A stretch of 64,000 nt of DNA from an uncultured Acidobacteriota bacterium (GCA_963804995.1 CAWDSK010000005.1:480001-544000); one strand, 5' to 3'; shown: positions 52,047 through 62,921, numbered from the stretch's first letter. Program-made: numbers and translations. The notes: generated from the letters alone by a model not told the origin.

Positions 52047-53411
52047 ATGACCACTTTTATTCCGGGCCCAACCTACGCAGAAATGCTCCAGCCGGAAAAG
52101 CTGCCCCCCGCCCTCCACGACCGAGCCACGGCAGCACGGCACGATGAAATGGACCCTGCCAATCTCTTTAACATCACCTGGCGCGGGCCGGACCACCGCA
52201 TCCGCCACGTGGTTTTGCCGAAAGGATTGACCGGCGTGCAGGCGAACATCGTGGTCCTGGTTGGCCACTATTTTCCTTCTGGGAGCCACAAAGTTGGTCC
52301 CGCCTACGCGACGCTCATGGAAGGTGAATTGGCCGGCGAGATTGAGCTTGGCAGGAACACGATGATCGGCCCCTCGACCGGGAACTTCGGTATTGGGGTG
52401 GCTTATGTCGCGCGTCTCAAGGGTTACCCATCAGTAGTGATCATGCCGGAGCAGATGAGCGCGGAGCGTTACCAGCGCATCCGCCAATATGGCGGGAAGC
52501 TTGACCTGACCCCAGGTTCGGAAAGCGACGTCATTCTGGTTTTGGAGCGTACCCAGGAATATCGTAAAGACCCCCGAAACAAAATTCTTGCCCAGTTTGA
52601 ATTGCTCCCGAATTATCGGTTCCACCGCTATGTCACGGGGCGCAGCGCGATGGAAGCGGCGAAGCTGTATGGGAATGGTCGTGTGGCGGCCTTTGCGGCG
52701 GCGCCGGGCTCAGCCGGGACGCTCGCCGCGGGCGATGAAATCAAAGCCGCTTTCCCGGAATGCCTGGTCGCTGCACTCGAACCGCGGGAGTGTTCCACAC
52801 TCTTCAACAAGGGTCGGGGCACGCATCGCATCGAAGGAATTGGCGACAAGATGGTGACGCTCATCCACAACGTTCTCACGACCGACTTCGTCGCCTTGAT
52901 CCACGATGAAGACTGCGTGATGGGTCTGGAGTTGCTCGAGCGGCGGCAGGCGACCGTCGAACGAATCTTCGCTTTGGCGGCGGGATCCCTGGAATGTTTC
53001 CATGAACTGTTTGGCGTCTCGAGCCTCTGTAACATCCTCGGTGCGATTCACATGGCGCGGTATCTCAACCTCGGCCCGGACGACAATGTGGTGACCATTG
53101 CCACGGACGGCTTTGACCGCTATCCCTCCGTGCTCTCGGAGCTCGAACGGCGCCGAGGCCCCCTTACGGAGAGTAGAGTTGAGGCTTCCGTTGAGGAGAT
53201 CTTCCGCGGCGGAAATTTGCAGGAAATTCTGGACGTGCGACCTCGGGAACAGAAGGAGCGTCTCTTCGGCTACAAGGAAGAGGTCTGGACCACCTTTGGT
53301 TATACCCGCACCTACCTGGAAGGCATGAAATCACAATCCTTTTGGGATGGGGAGTTTGACAAGATTGCAGAGATCGATTCGAACCTGCTCAGGACGCGCC
53401 GCCTGGCGTGA
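52047..53411 (+). CDS. PLP-dependent enzyme, fold type II (cysteine synthase / Trp synthase beta superfamily), substrate unknown
   Basis: FPSGSHKVG lysine motif, PSTGNFGIG, PGSAGTLAAGD, HRIEGIGDK, TIATD. Confidence 0.8.
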   Translation: MTTFIPGPTYAEMLQPEKLPPALHDRATAARHDEMDPANLFNITWRGPDHRIRHVVLPKGLTGVQANIVVLVGHYFPSGSHKVGPAYATLMEGELAGEIELGRNTMIGPSTGNFGIGVAYVARLKGYPSVVIMPEQMSAERYQRIRQYGGKLDLTPGSESDVILVLERTQEYRKDPRNKILAQFELLPNYRFHRYVTGRSAMEAAKLYGNGRVAAFAAAPGSAGTLAAGDEIKAAFPECLVAALEPRECSTLFNKGRGTHRIEGIGDKMVTLIHNVLTTDFVALIHDEDCVMGLELLERRQATVERIFALAAGSLECFHELFGVSSLCNILGAIHMARYLNLGPDDNVVTIATDGFDRYPSVLSELERRRGPLTESRVEASVEEIFRGGNLQEILDVRPREQKERLFGYKEEVWTTFGYTRTYLEGMKSQSFWDGEFDKIAEIDSNLLRTRRLA

Positions 53412-53494
53412 GTAATCCTTCTCCCTGTGGCACGATGTGCCGATTCGTCTGCTGACTAGGCGCGATGCTATAATCCCGCCCTTGGGAGCGTGTC

Positions 53495-54070
53495 ATGGAA
53501 ACGACTGGGAAAGCCAAAGTTGCCAATTTTGTAGAGAAATCCCAATTGATGTCGTCCTCGGAGATTGACCGGACGCTGGTACGCCTTGCCAACGAAATCC
53601 TCGAGCGCAACAACGGCTTGGAGGGAGTGGTCCTGGTGGGTGTCTGCCGGCGGGGAGTCCCCCTGGCCCATCGCCTGGCCAAAAAGATGATGGAGATCGA
53701 AAAGATCACACCGCCCGTCGAGACGCTGGATATCACTTTCTTCCGTGACGACCTCTCGAACGTAGCTCAGAAGCCGGTCGTTCACGAAGTGCCTACCACG
53801 TTTTCGGTCGAGGGAAAAAGGGTGATCCTGGTGGACGATGTCCTCTATACCGGCCGCACCACCCGCGCTGCACTGGATGCTCTCCTGGACCACGGGCGGC
53901 CTCAACGCGTGGACCTGCTCGTTCTGATCGACCGCGGGCATCGCGAACTACCCATTGAGGCGAACTACGTGGGGCGGGTGCTGCAAACCTCCGACCGCGA
54001 AGTGATCGAAGTGCGCTTGCGTGAAGTGGATGGTCAGGACCGGGTGATACTCTGCGAACAGGTCGACTAG
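53495..54070 (+). CDS. pyrR: PyrR bifunctional pyrimidine regulator / uracil phosphoribosyltransferase
   Basis: LDITFFRDDL, ILVDDVLYTGRTTRAALDAL, DRGHRELPI. Confidence 0.95.
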   Translation: METTGKAKVANFVEKSQLMSSSEIDRTLVRLANEILERNNGLEGVVLVGVCRRGVPLAHRLAKKMMEIEKITPPVETLDITFFRDDLSNVAQKPVVHEVPTTFSVEGKRVILVDDVLYTGRTTRAALDALLDHGRPQRVDLLVLIDRGHRELPIEANYVGRVLQTSDREVIEVRLREVDGQDRVILCEQVD

Positions 54071-54313
54071 ACGTTCCGCGCTGGGGGTGGATTAATCACA
54101 TCAACTCGTTCAGCCCGCCTTCCCGAACGATCCAAGGGTCACCCTCAGTGGGAAGATTCTTGTTCCTCCGCCATCTGACCCTTGCCGCCTTTCAAATGGC
54201 TTCCAGACGAATTCCCTAAACTGAGTTCATTCTGAGGCGAAATGAAATAGACGCGGGTGGCCAAGATGTTTTTCGCACCTGACCCGGTTTTGATGAGGCG
54301 CAGGGCGCCAGCA

Positions 54314-55177
54314 TCAGACCTGCAGATTGCGCAGATAGGGAACACTGGCCTTCATCATCTCCAGGCTCATCTCGACGAAGTAATTCTTGATGCCCCCCGT
54401 TTTCGCTGCGGTAAAGATCTTTTTCCAATCAAGGGTGTCCTGGCCCACCGGCGTTATCTTCCTGGTCTTCGCTGACCAACCCTGCACATGCATCGAAATG
54501 AAGCGACCGGGGTACTTGGTGAAGTACTCGGCTGCGTCGTAACCTTCGCTGATCGTGGAAACCTGGAACTGGAACTTGACCAGCTTCGGATCGAGAAGTT
54601 TAAACAACAAGTCATAGGTCCGCTGGCCGTCGACAACCGTGAGCTCAAAATCCTCGTTGTGGAGGCCCTGCTGGATGCCCGCCTGGGCCGCCTGTTCGCC
54701 CATTTTGTTGTATTCATCGGCCGCCCGCTTCACATCATCCATCGTCGGGTGCCGTGGCCCGTCAAGGCTGGGGACCAGCATTTGGATCAGGCCGACGTCT
54801 TTTGCCCAGGCGATACTTCGCGCCTGGTTTTCCCTGAGTTCCTTGATGCCGAAGTGCGAGCTCACGCATTTGACGCCAGCATCGGCCAAAATCTTCCGCA
54901 GTTCGGTCCCAGTGTATTTGGCAAGGCCGGCAAACCCGGAGTCGGCGTAACCTACCGGCGAGCAAAGCTCGATCGTCTGAAATCCGGCCGCGGCAAGCTG
55001 CTTGATGGTGCCTGGAAAATCCTGGGTGATCATTTTCCTGACAGGCCACGTCTGGCACCCAATGGGCATACCCAGCGGATTGGCACGAAGCTCCCCTGCG
55101 CCTCCGGACAGGAGCCCGGCCACCGCGGCACTCGTCGCCGTATACTTGAAGAATTCTCTTCTCGATATTTTGGACAT
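54314..55177 (-). CDS. Tat-exported sugar phosphate isomerase/epimerase (xylose isomerase-like TIM barrel)
   Basis: SRREFFK Tat motif; GFQTIEL, GLHNEDFE, SMHVQ, YFVEM. Confidence 0.85.
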   Translation of the reverse strand: MSKISRREFFKYTATSAAVAGLLSGGAGELRANPLGMPIGCQTWPVRKMITQDFPGTIKQLAAAGFQTIELCSPVGYADSGFAGLAKYTGTELRKILADAGVKCVSSHFGIKELRENQARSIAWAKDVGLIQMLVPSLDGPRHPTMDDVKRAADEYNKMGEQAAQAGIQQGLHNEDFELTVVDGQRTYDLLFKLLDPKLVKFQFQVSTISEGYDAAEYFTKYPGRFISMHVQGWSAKTRKITPVGQDTLDWKKIFTAAKTGGIKNYFVEMSLEMMKASVPYLRNLQV

Positions 55178-55486
55178 GAATGCCTCCCTATCAGTTTAAT
55201 CGGTCTGTAGCATGTTAGGTCAAACCGCAGCATTATCTCATGATTCCTAGACCATGAACGAACGACGGTCGAAGATGGGCAAACCGCTAACGTAAGCTGC
55301 CCGCTGGCCTCTCGTTCCGGTCTTCGATCTGTGCGCGTTGATTTCCGCCTCTGGTAGTTGTATACCCTTCATGCCGATCCATTCAATTGGGACTGCAGTC
55401 CGCAGGGCAAATGGAACCGACTGAGTCTTCTGCGTGTGGCAGTCCGATTTCCCGGCAGGCCATGGTCGTGCGAAGGGAGTTATGCT

Positions 55487-57037
55487 ATGGGCAGAAGAAA
55501 AGCCAATCTGTTGAGTCGGCGCCAATTTGTGACCACGGCGTCGGCATTCATGATAGTCCCGCGGCATGTTCTCGGGGGACCGGGCTTTGTTCCGCCCAGC
55601 GACCGCACCACGCTGGCGGCGATTGGCATGGGGCACCAAGGGTTTGAGGTCACGATGAATCTGCTGGCCCGCCCTGACGTGCAGGTGATCGCGGTCTGCG
55701 ACTGCAATAAGAGCAGCATGGACTACGTGGAGTACTCGGACAATGCTGTTCTGACCTCGGCGCGCCGGCTGCTCGGCCCGGGTTACGAAAATTGGGGCGC
55801 GGACCTGGCATCGCCCGGCAGGGTTCAACTCACGCACACGTTTCTGACGAGCGTCGGCATGGGGGGCCGCGAGCCCGCCAAGCGGCTGGTAGAGGCTTAT
55901 TACGGTTCGAGAAGCGGAGCCGCCTCCGGTGAGTATCACGGTTGCACCGCCTACGCCGATTGGCGCGAACTCCTCGACAAGGAGAAGGATTTGGACGCTG
56001 TTTACGTTGCGACGCCCGACCACTGGCACGCCGCAATCTCGCTTACGGCGATGCGCAGGCATAAGCACGTGTTATGTCAGAAACCCATGACACGCACCAT
56101 CGGCGACGCCCGCCGCATGGCAGCCACGGCCCACGAGATGAAAGTGGCGACCTCGGTGACCGTGAACAACCCTTCCACCGAATCTACACGGATCATCTCA
56201 GAGTGGCTTACCGACGGCGCGATCGGGACGGTGCGCGAGGTACACAATTGGTCGAGCCGCCCCTTCTGGCCGCAGGGTGTCGGCCGGCCCGACAACGCGG
56301 ACTCGATCCCCGCAGGCTTCGATTGGGATATGTGGTTGGGGCCGGCGGCGGAGCGTCCTTTCAGCAAAGCGTACCTACCCTTCGTTTGGCGCGGCTGGCA
56401 TGACTTCGGCTGCGGGTCGTTCGGCGATATGGGCTGTTACAGCTTTGCCGGTGTGTTCAAGATTCTCAATCTCACTCCGCCCTTGTCGGTGGAGGCCAGC
56501 TCCAGCGAAAGCTGGGACGAGACCTTCCCGAAGGCCTCCATGGTCCACCTGAATTTCCCGGCTAACGGCAATCGCCCGGCGTTGCGCATGTCGTGGTATG
56601 ACGGAGGCCTGCGGCCTCCACGCCCCGCCGGTCTCAAGGAAAGAGATCAGCGGATGTTCGCGGGCGGTGAGGAGAACGAGGGAATTATGTACGTCGGCGA
56701 CAAAGGCCTCTTGCTTGCCGGATTCAATGGCAACAACCCTCGGGTTTATCCGGAATCCCCCAAATACCAATACCAGGCGCCGCCCCGGCAGCCCGGCACA
56801 CCGCGCACCGAGGCAGCCATCGATCAATGGCTCGCCGCTTGCAAGGGAGGAGCGGAGGCGCCACTCGCTAACTTCGAGCTCCAAAGTCCGGTCACCGAAG
56901 CCTTTCTACTGGGCTGCCTTGCCCAACGTTTCCCCGGCGAATTTCTGGATTGGGACACAGGCAATATGCGCGTCACTAATTCCGAGAAATTGACCGCCTA
57001 TGTTGATCCTCCGTATCGGAGCGCCTACAAGATTTAG
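55487..57037 (+). CDS. Tat-exported Gfo/Idh/MocA family oxidoreductase
   Basis: SRRQFV Tat motif; IGMGHQG; ATPDHWHA; CQKPM; WDMWLGPA; WRGWHDFGCGSFGDMGC. Confidence 0.9.
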   Translation: MGRRKANLLSRRQFVTTASAFMIVPRHVLGGPGFVPPSDRTTLAAIGMGHQGFEVTMNLLARPDVQVIAVCDCNKSSMDYVEYSDNAVLTSARRLLGPGYENWGADLASPGRVQLTHTFLTSVGMGGREPAKRLVEAYYGSRSGAASGEYHGCTAYADWRELLDKEKDLDAVYVATPDHWHAAISLTAMRRHKHVLCQKPMTRTIGDARRMAATAHEMKVATSVTVNNPSTESTRIISEWLTDGAIGTVREVHNWSSRPFWPQGVGRPDNADSIPAGFDWDMWLGPAAERPFSKAYLPFVWRGWHDFGCGSFGDMGCYSFAGVFKILNLTPPLSVEASSSESWDETFPKASMVHLNFPANGNRPALRMSWYDGGLRPPRPAGLKERDQRMFAGGEENEGIMYVGDKGLLLAGFNGNNPRVYPESPKYQYQAPPRQPGTPRTEAAIDQWLAACKGGAEAPLANFELQSPVTEAFLLGCLAQRFPGEFLDWDTGNMRVTNSEKLTAYVDPPYRSAYKI

Positions 57038-57121
57038 CCTGGGCCAAGAAGCCGAGTCCAAGCGTGCCTCGCGCCCTTGGGTGGGTCGGCTGTTGGGCTT
57101 TGGCTAGAGGAAGGACATAGC

Positions 57122-58306
57122 ATGCTGAATCGAGTTGCTTACCATCTAGTGCGCAGTCTGGTTCTTTTGCTCCTTTTCCCTATACTTCTGTCCGCAGCAC
57201 CGCCGCCCAATCCCTTCTGTTCCGATGCTGGTTGTGCCGGAACGCGGCAATTCTTCAGGCAACTCTGCAACTATATTGTCAAAGACAAGAACACTTATCC
57301 GGTCATCTTTATCGGCGGGTACTACATGCGAACTTTGGTGGCCGCATACGAGATCCTGGGCGATCGTCGTTACCTCGATACCGCCATCGCTTACGGCGAT
57401 TATTTGCTCAAGCGGCAAATGCCCAGTGGTTACTGGGCAACGGGTTACGGAACAGTCTATTTCGCTGACACCGGCAGCGCCCTCGGATTGCTCGTGGTCC
57501 TCTATAAACACGTGGATCGAGATCGACAGAAACAATACCTGGACGCGGTCCAGCGCTACGTCAATTCGATTCAAAAAGACGGAATGATTCACACCAATGG
57601 TGCGCTGGGGACCGGCTGGCGGCATGCTGAAAACAATAAATTGAGTGATCCGATCCCTGACGAGTACACCATCTCCTCGGCGCTCACGGGGGGCGAGATT
57701 TTCACCTGGATGTATCACATGACGAAGCAGGAAAAGTATCGCGATGTTGCTTACCACGCCTTGCAGTGGATTATGAGCAACATGCGCGATGACGGCAACA
57801 TTCCTTACATCCTCGCTATGGAAAACGCGGACTGGGCGAAGCGGGGTGAACCGAAGACGGACTACAACCTCTGGACGTGGGCGACGTACATAACTTCTGC
57901 GTACGTCGGGGAAGGTGTGCTTTCGTTCGATCTTTACTGCGATCAACCGGCATGGCGGAAGTGGATTCAAAAAGCGATTCAACCTCAGATCGAGTTTCTG
58001 CTGCGCACGCAGAATCCCAGCGGGACCTGGGCCGTACCGAATACTTGGGATGAAAAACGTGCCCCCGGCGTGGTCGATTTTCTCGTTTGGTATTATGAGC
58101 ATGCCAACAAGGACGCACGGGTGGCTCAAGCCGTCAAAAAGTTTGACGCTTTCGTTCTGGACCCGCAGAAGGCCAAGGCATATGGTCTACTGAACGCCGG
58201 CGCGGTGCAGACGGGGGAGAACCTCGATGATGACGATGTGCTGACCAGCCTCACTGGTCGCGCCGTCGCGGACATGCTTTCCCCGGGGATTGACGCCAAG
58301 TGGTGA
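57122..58306 (+). CDS. Exported helical-repeat ((alpha/alpha)6-barrel-like) protein, possibly carbohydrate-active
   Basis: Signal peptide; repeats YLDTAIAYGDYLLKRQMPSGYW, FLLRTQNPSGTW. Confidence 0.6.
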   Translation: MLNRVAYHLVRSLVLLLLFPILLSAAPPPNPFCSDAGCAGTRQFFRQLCNYIVKDKNTYPVIFIGGYYMRTLVAAYEILGDRRYLDTAIAYGDYLLKRQMPSGYWATGYGTVYFADTGSALGLLVVLYKHVDRDRQKQYLDAVQRYVNSIQKDGMIHTNGALGTGWRHAENNKLSDPIPDEYTISSALTGGEIFTWMYHMTKQEKYRDVAYHALQWIMSNMRDDGNIPYILAMENADWAKRGEPKTDYNLWTWATYITSAYVGEGVLSFDLYCDQPAWRKWIQKAIQPQIEFLLRTQNPSGTWAVPNTWDEKRAPGVVDFLVWYYEHANKDARVAQAVKKFDAFVLDPQKAKAYGLLNAGAVQTGENLDDDDVLTSLTGRAVADMLSPGIDAKW

Positions 58307-58576
58307 GGGTGAAACCCGCTAACCGTGATCCGGGAGTATCACTCTGGCGGAGGGCAGGGGCATGATGAAGGCCACGCCTGCACGGCTTGCGACCATTCCT
58401 TCGACACGCCAGTTGAGAATCTCCAACTCTATGCAGACCCTGCCAAGCAATGCTTACATGTGGGGGAAATTCCCCCATAAACACGAGCGAAGTTTGTCGA
58501 TGAACTGAGAAAGCGCACCCGAGGTTTGTCCAGAGGAATGCCTTCTATTTTTCCGTGTCGATCAGGAACTCAAGTC

Positions 58577-59740
58577 ATGAGCAACAGAGACACTAAGATT
58601 ACCCGGGTCCTTTCCGCCTTGAATCACCAAGAAAGCGATCAGGTCCCCGTGGGCGAGTTTTTCTGGACCAGTTTCGTTCAACGGGCCAAAAAGGATCTGG
58701 GCGCCGGCAATAACTTCGACCCTTATCGTTACTGGGATCTGGATTTGGTCGTTATCAACCCCAATATGGACCCTCATATCGCCGGCATTCAGATGCTGGA
58801 GGACTTGCCCGATCGCCAGGTGGTCAAAACCGGTTTCGAAGCCACTATTGAGCGGAGAAGCACCTACCCCATGCCCCGCTTCTTGGAGTTTGCGACCCAG
58901 AGCTACGGAGATATGCGCGCCTTTGTTTTTGATGATCCTGCCGACCCCAGGCGGTACCACGCCGCAATCGACGATCAAATCAATGCCGTGACCGACGCGC
59001 TGAACCTGAACTTGCCCTCTTTCGTCGACCGGGTAAATTCCTACGCGGATGATTTCTGCGTCTTCGGTAGCGTGTGCGAGCCCCATGAAATGATTTGGCG
59101 AATCCTGGGCACTGAGAATGCCCTGATCAAGATGGCCGAGGAACCCGCCGAGATGCAGAAGTTCACAGAGCGCCTGGGCGATTTCCTGGTCGGCATCGTC
59201 AAGGGCCAGATCGCCGCGGCAGGCCGCAAGCTCACGGGTCTGTACATCTGGGGTGACGTGGCTTACCGGTTGGGCATGATGTTCTCACCCGACTATTGGC
59301 GGAAAGTGTACAAACCACAACTGAAGCGGATATGCGACCAGATTCATTCGGCCGGGCTGAAAGTGATCTACCACGGCTGCGGTAATGCCTCGGCGGTGTA
59401 TGACGACCTAAGGCAGGCCGGTGTCGATTGCTACAATCCCCTAGAGGCCAAGGCAGACCTGGATGTGGTGGCGTTGAAACGAAAGTACGGCCAGCGTTGG
59501 GCCTTCAACGGCAATATCGATATCCGAGTGCTTTCGACCAACGACCGCGAGCAGGTTCACCGCGAGGTTCTTCGCAAGCTGAACGCGGCCAAAGGAGGCG
59601 GTTACATCATCCAATCCGACCATTCCGTATCTGGCGATGTCGATGCCTCGACCTACGACTACTACCTTCGGTTGGTGCGTGAATACGGAAAGTACCCGCT
59701 GACGTTAGGCGAGTTTGATGAAGAAATTTCGAGTCGCTAA
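58577..59740 (+). CDS. Uroporphyrinogen decarboxylase (URO-D/MtaA-CmuA) superfamily protein
   Basis: DQVPVGE, WGDVA..MMFSPDYWR, IYHGCGN, NGNID, GGYIIQSDHS. Confidence 0.85.
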   Translation: MSNRDTKITRVLSALNHQESDQVPVGEFFWTSFVQRAKKDLGAGNNFDPYRYWDLDLVVINPNMDPHIAGIQMLEDLPDRQVVKTGFEATIERRSTYPMPRFLEFATQSYGDMRAFVFDDPADPRRYHAAIDDQINAVTDALNLNLPSFVDRVNSYADDFCVFGSVCEPHEMIWRILGTENALIKMAEEPAEMQKFTERLGDFLVGIVKGQIAAAGRKLTGLYIWGDVAYRLGMMFSPDYWRKVYKPQLKRICDQIHSAGLKVIYHGCGNASAVYDDLRQAGVDCYNPLEAKADLDVVALKRKYGQRWAFNGNIDIRVLSTNDREQVHREVLRKLNAAKGGGYIIQSDHSVSGDVDASTYDYYLRLVREYGKYPLTLGEFDEEISSR

Positions 59741-59830
59741 AGCTGGTGACTGCTGTCAACATTGCCCAGCGTGTGATTCTCCTGGGCTCTCTGCCTTTGT
59801 GCGGGCGACTAAGTTGGCATGGCCGTGGCC

Positions 59831-62488
59831 CTACAAGATGGGAGCATTGTCGCCCCTCGGGGGATGCCCCTTATAGTTTCCATATTGAGATAAAGCCGCG
59901 CGCTTCGATGGTGGCACGAGATCGTCCCACTTCAAGATGGGCTTGATTTCTTCCACAGCAGAATCCACATGGAAGCGAATCGTCACGATCTGCTGCGGCC
60001 TGACGGGGAAGCGATACGTGGGGCCGCCTTCGAGGGCGTGGGGATTCCTGCCCCGCAAGTCTGTCAGGGCCGCGCTCTGATGCGGCAGGTTCACCGTGAC
60101 TTCCGCCGTGCCTGGATGCCCCAGGCACTCGATCAAGCGCATTTCGATCTCTTTCCCTTCCCGGCGAATCACGGGGACAATCAGGTTGTTGGAAGTCTGG
60201 ACGAACGGCTTCTCCGGGATTGGTCGTTTGTCGGAGAGGACGATGGGGGGACTGTTGTATTCCCAGGCCATGTGCGGAATCCGCGCCTGGTCCCAGTTTT
60301 CTTCGTGCGCAACCAGAGCGTAGGCCAGCACATTCTTTCCTTTTCCGCTCAACCAGGGGTTTGGCCATCCGTAATATTTATCGGTGGCGTTAAGCAAATA
60401 GATAATAGGCGTGCGGCCATTGAGCTCTCGCCCTGAAAGCCCTCGATCCAAAACGGCCACGCCTCCGCCACCCGCCAGAGTGTAATGAACCCAGCCTACT
60501 GCGGGGACAATCCCTTTCGTCCAGCCGGGTAAGTCCGCGTTAGGCTTGGTCCAAGCACCGTGAGAAAAACCGTTGGGAATAGCGCGCCGGACCTCCTCGA
60601 TGTCCGCGGCCAGAGGAAACTCCGCGACCACCACGGTGAGGTCCGGGATATCGTTCAGTTCAGTTTCAAAGTCGATGCGGGGATAGTTTTCATAGAACTG
60701 TATGAGGCGGCGGACCCGACTGCCACCTAGAAACTGGCTGGTGATCTCCACGGTGGTTGCCAGTGGACCGCGGGTGACGGTGAGGGCGGGCTTCAAATCG
60801 CTCGAGGAGGCAAGCCGGGTGCGCTCAGGCCGTGGGAGCATGAAATCACCCGGATCGCCGTCTTGCGATTTCGGCCTTTCAGCCAACAGCACATTCGCGG
60901 CGCCGCCCAGAACTTCGCGCCCCGAGGGCTTGAGCTTCAGGCTGGCCAGAGCCCCGGTGTTCGGGTCGATGCGGGCTGAGTAGTACTTCGTCTCGATGCT
61001 GGGGGGAAGCTCTATCCGCTTCGCCGGTTCGGCCTCTTTCGCGGCAAGCGCGATCCCTGTGATTCCCAGGGACGGCAGGCGCAAACTGCACATTGTTTTC
61101 CCCTTGATGTTCTGGCAGTCGTATCCCTCCACGGCTTTCCCCTGCAGCGCCTCCAGGATGACTGGATCGTGGCGCTCCCAGTTGAGTGGGTTGAACAAGG
61201 CCACGCCTTCCCCTGCGGGAATCAGGGCGCCCAGCGCTTCCGCGTGCACCTTCTTATTCGTGCCTTCAATAGCTTCCATTCGGTCGCGAACATCCCATGA
61301 GGTCTTGCTCTCGAAAACCATTCCCCCGGCCGAACCCCACAGCGTGTTGCGGTCCATGTTCAGTAGCATCATCACCCAGGCCTTATAGAGGCTGTCAACG
61401 GGGTATGCAAAGGTGGAACGGAGACTGGCAATCGTGGCGAGGGACTCTGCCGCTTCCAGTCCGTGTTCGTTCTTGCGATACCAGGTCTTGACGCGTGGAT
61501 TCTGAATCCAGAACGAATCATAAGTGTAGCCGGTGCCTCCTTTCATGGTAGGAATCTGGAGTTTGCCTGACTTGACATCGGGCAGTACCGCATCCAGATA
61601 ATTGCCGGCGATTGCAATTTGGATCTTGGTGTGCGGATTCACTTGCTTCCATTGATCCAGAAACTCTCGGGGGTATTCCTTCCTGAGCGGAGCAAGATTG
61701 TAGTCGCCGTACCCGGCCAAAATGAGAATGGGGGCTCCGGCCGGAGTGGTTTTGGCCTTCTCCCGCAACGCGCCCTCAAGCTTCCGGAGTTCATCGGGAG
61801 TCACTTGGTCTTTGCTGCCAAACAGCGGTCCAAACTCCGAGTAATGGCCGGGGCACAAGGCCAGTATTCGCGAGCCATCGGGTGATTCCACCCAGTGCAT
61901 CGTGCTCCCAGTGCGATTCATCCGAGTGTAAACCATGGCTACGAGCCCCAGCCCCGCACAAAGCTGGCCCATCTGATCGTGCGTGCCGCAGACGTCGATG
62001 GTCCAGGCCGTACGGGGGCTGACGCCCATGACCTGTTCCTGCCAGCGCAGCCCTTCAACCCCCTCCTTGATGAGTGCTTCACCGCCCGAAAGGTTGATGG
62101 TCATTTCGAGGAAAGCGGCGTTAACCAACTCTACCCGGCCCTCCTTGGCCCGCTGCTTGATCTCCTCCAGCCGCGCTGGCTGGAAATTCATAATGGCGAT
62201 CATGGTGTTGCATTCGGAGAGCACGAATTTGTAAGTGGGATCGTCGCGCACGCGGTCCAGATGGTCCAGATAGCTATTGGCACAGTAAACGCGTTCATTT
62301 GAGAAGTTGGTTAACCACCCACAACTCGCTGGGTGAAAGTTGGGCACGATGAAAGCTTCCAGGGGAGTGGCTTCTTCGTTTTGTTTGGCTGGGCGGAAGG
62401 AGAAAAGCGATATGCTGCCGGCCGCGGTGCCGGTCAAGCCTGACAAAAAGCCTCGTCTACTGACGGATTTCCGCAAGGGATTTGCCAT
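59831..62488 (-). CDS. Tat-exported GH38 (alpha-mannosidase-like) glycoside hydrolase
   Basis: SRRGFLS Tat motif; HPASCGWL, GEALIK, WTIDVCG, GYGD, LFNPLNWER, RIDFETEL; metal-binding motifs diverge from canonical GH38. Confidence 0.78.
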   Translation of the reverse strand: MANPLRKSVSRRGFLSGLTGTAAGSISLFSFRPAKQNEEATPLEAFIVPNFHPASCGWLTNFSNERVYCANSYLDHLDRVRDDPTYKFVLSECNTMIAIMNFQPARLEEIKQRAKEGRVELVNAAFLEMTINLSGGEALIKEGVEGLRWQEQVMGVSPRTAWTIDVCGTHDQMGQLCAGLGLVAMVYTRMNRTGSTMHWVESPDGSRILALCPGHYSEFGPLFGSKDQVTPDELRKLEGALREKAKTTPAGAPILILAGYGDYNLAPLRKEYPREFLDQWKQVNPHTKIQIAIAGNYLDAVLPDVKSGKLQIPTMKGGTGYTYDSFWIQNPRVKTWYRKNEHGLEAAESLATIASLRSTFAYPVDSLYKAWVMMLLNMDRNTLWGSAGGMVFESKTSWDVRDRMEAIEGTNKKVHAEALGALIPAGEGVALFNPLNWERHDPVILEALQGKAVEGYDCQNIKGKTMCSLRLPSLGITGIALAAKEAEPAKRIELPPSIETKYYSARIDPNTGALASLKLKPSGREVLGGAANVLLAERPKSQDGDPGDFMLPRPERTRLASSSDLKPALTVTRGPLATTVEITSQFLGGSRVRRLIQFYENYPRIDFETELNDIPDLTVVVAEFPLAADIEEVRRAIPNGFSHGAWTKPNADLPGWTKGIVPAVGWVHYTLAGGGGVAVLDRGLSGRELNGRTPIIYLLNATDKYYGWPNPWLSGKGKNVLAYALVAHEENWDQARIPHMAWEYNSPPIVLSDKRPIPEKPFVQTSNNLIVPVIRREGKEIEMRLIECLGHPGTAEVTVNLPHQSAALTDLRGRNPHALEGGPTYRFPVRPQQIVTIRFHVDSAVEEIKPILKWDDLVPPSKRAALSQYGNYKGHPPRGDNAPIL

Positions 62489-62921
62489 GATGACGCCTCC
62501 TCGGAATATCGGGCCATGGAGAGATTCTGAATCAGAGCGCCTGCAAAATCCCGGACAGCGTCGAATGCCGCAATCCGAGATCTCATTTGAGGATCAACGC
62601 AACGAGCGGCCCTCGTGGTTCGCCAAAGTTCTGGCCGTCTGAGGAATCAATAACACAGTTGCTGCCCTCCCGCCACCGTTCTGTCGCCTCTGTGTCGTTG
62701 GCATATGAAATGTCCGAGTCAATTAGCACGTGAGCTGTCCGCTGGTGACTTGCACCGTGTAAGGGGCGTGCGACCCATCAGTGCTTGGTGACTGGTTTGC
62801 GTAGGCCCTCGGCGCGCCCGGCAGGGCAGGGCTTGTTATTCCATTGAGCCGCACGTAGAATTACCGCAAATTTTTGCGGATTATCCAATCTAATGAGAGG
62901 CGGTTTCGCCGGGAAGTCTTC

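Noticed and set aside
53412..53494. PyrR attenuator RNA upstream of pyrR
   Set aside because: No AGUCCAGAGAGGCU-like binding loop or U-tract terminator is visible.
62699..62714. Sigma-54 promoter upstream of the S53 gene (TGGCATATGAAATGTC)
   Set aside because: The -12 GC dinucleotide is missing.
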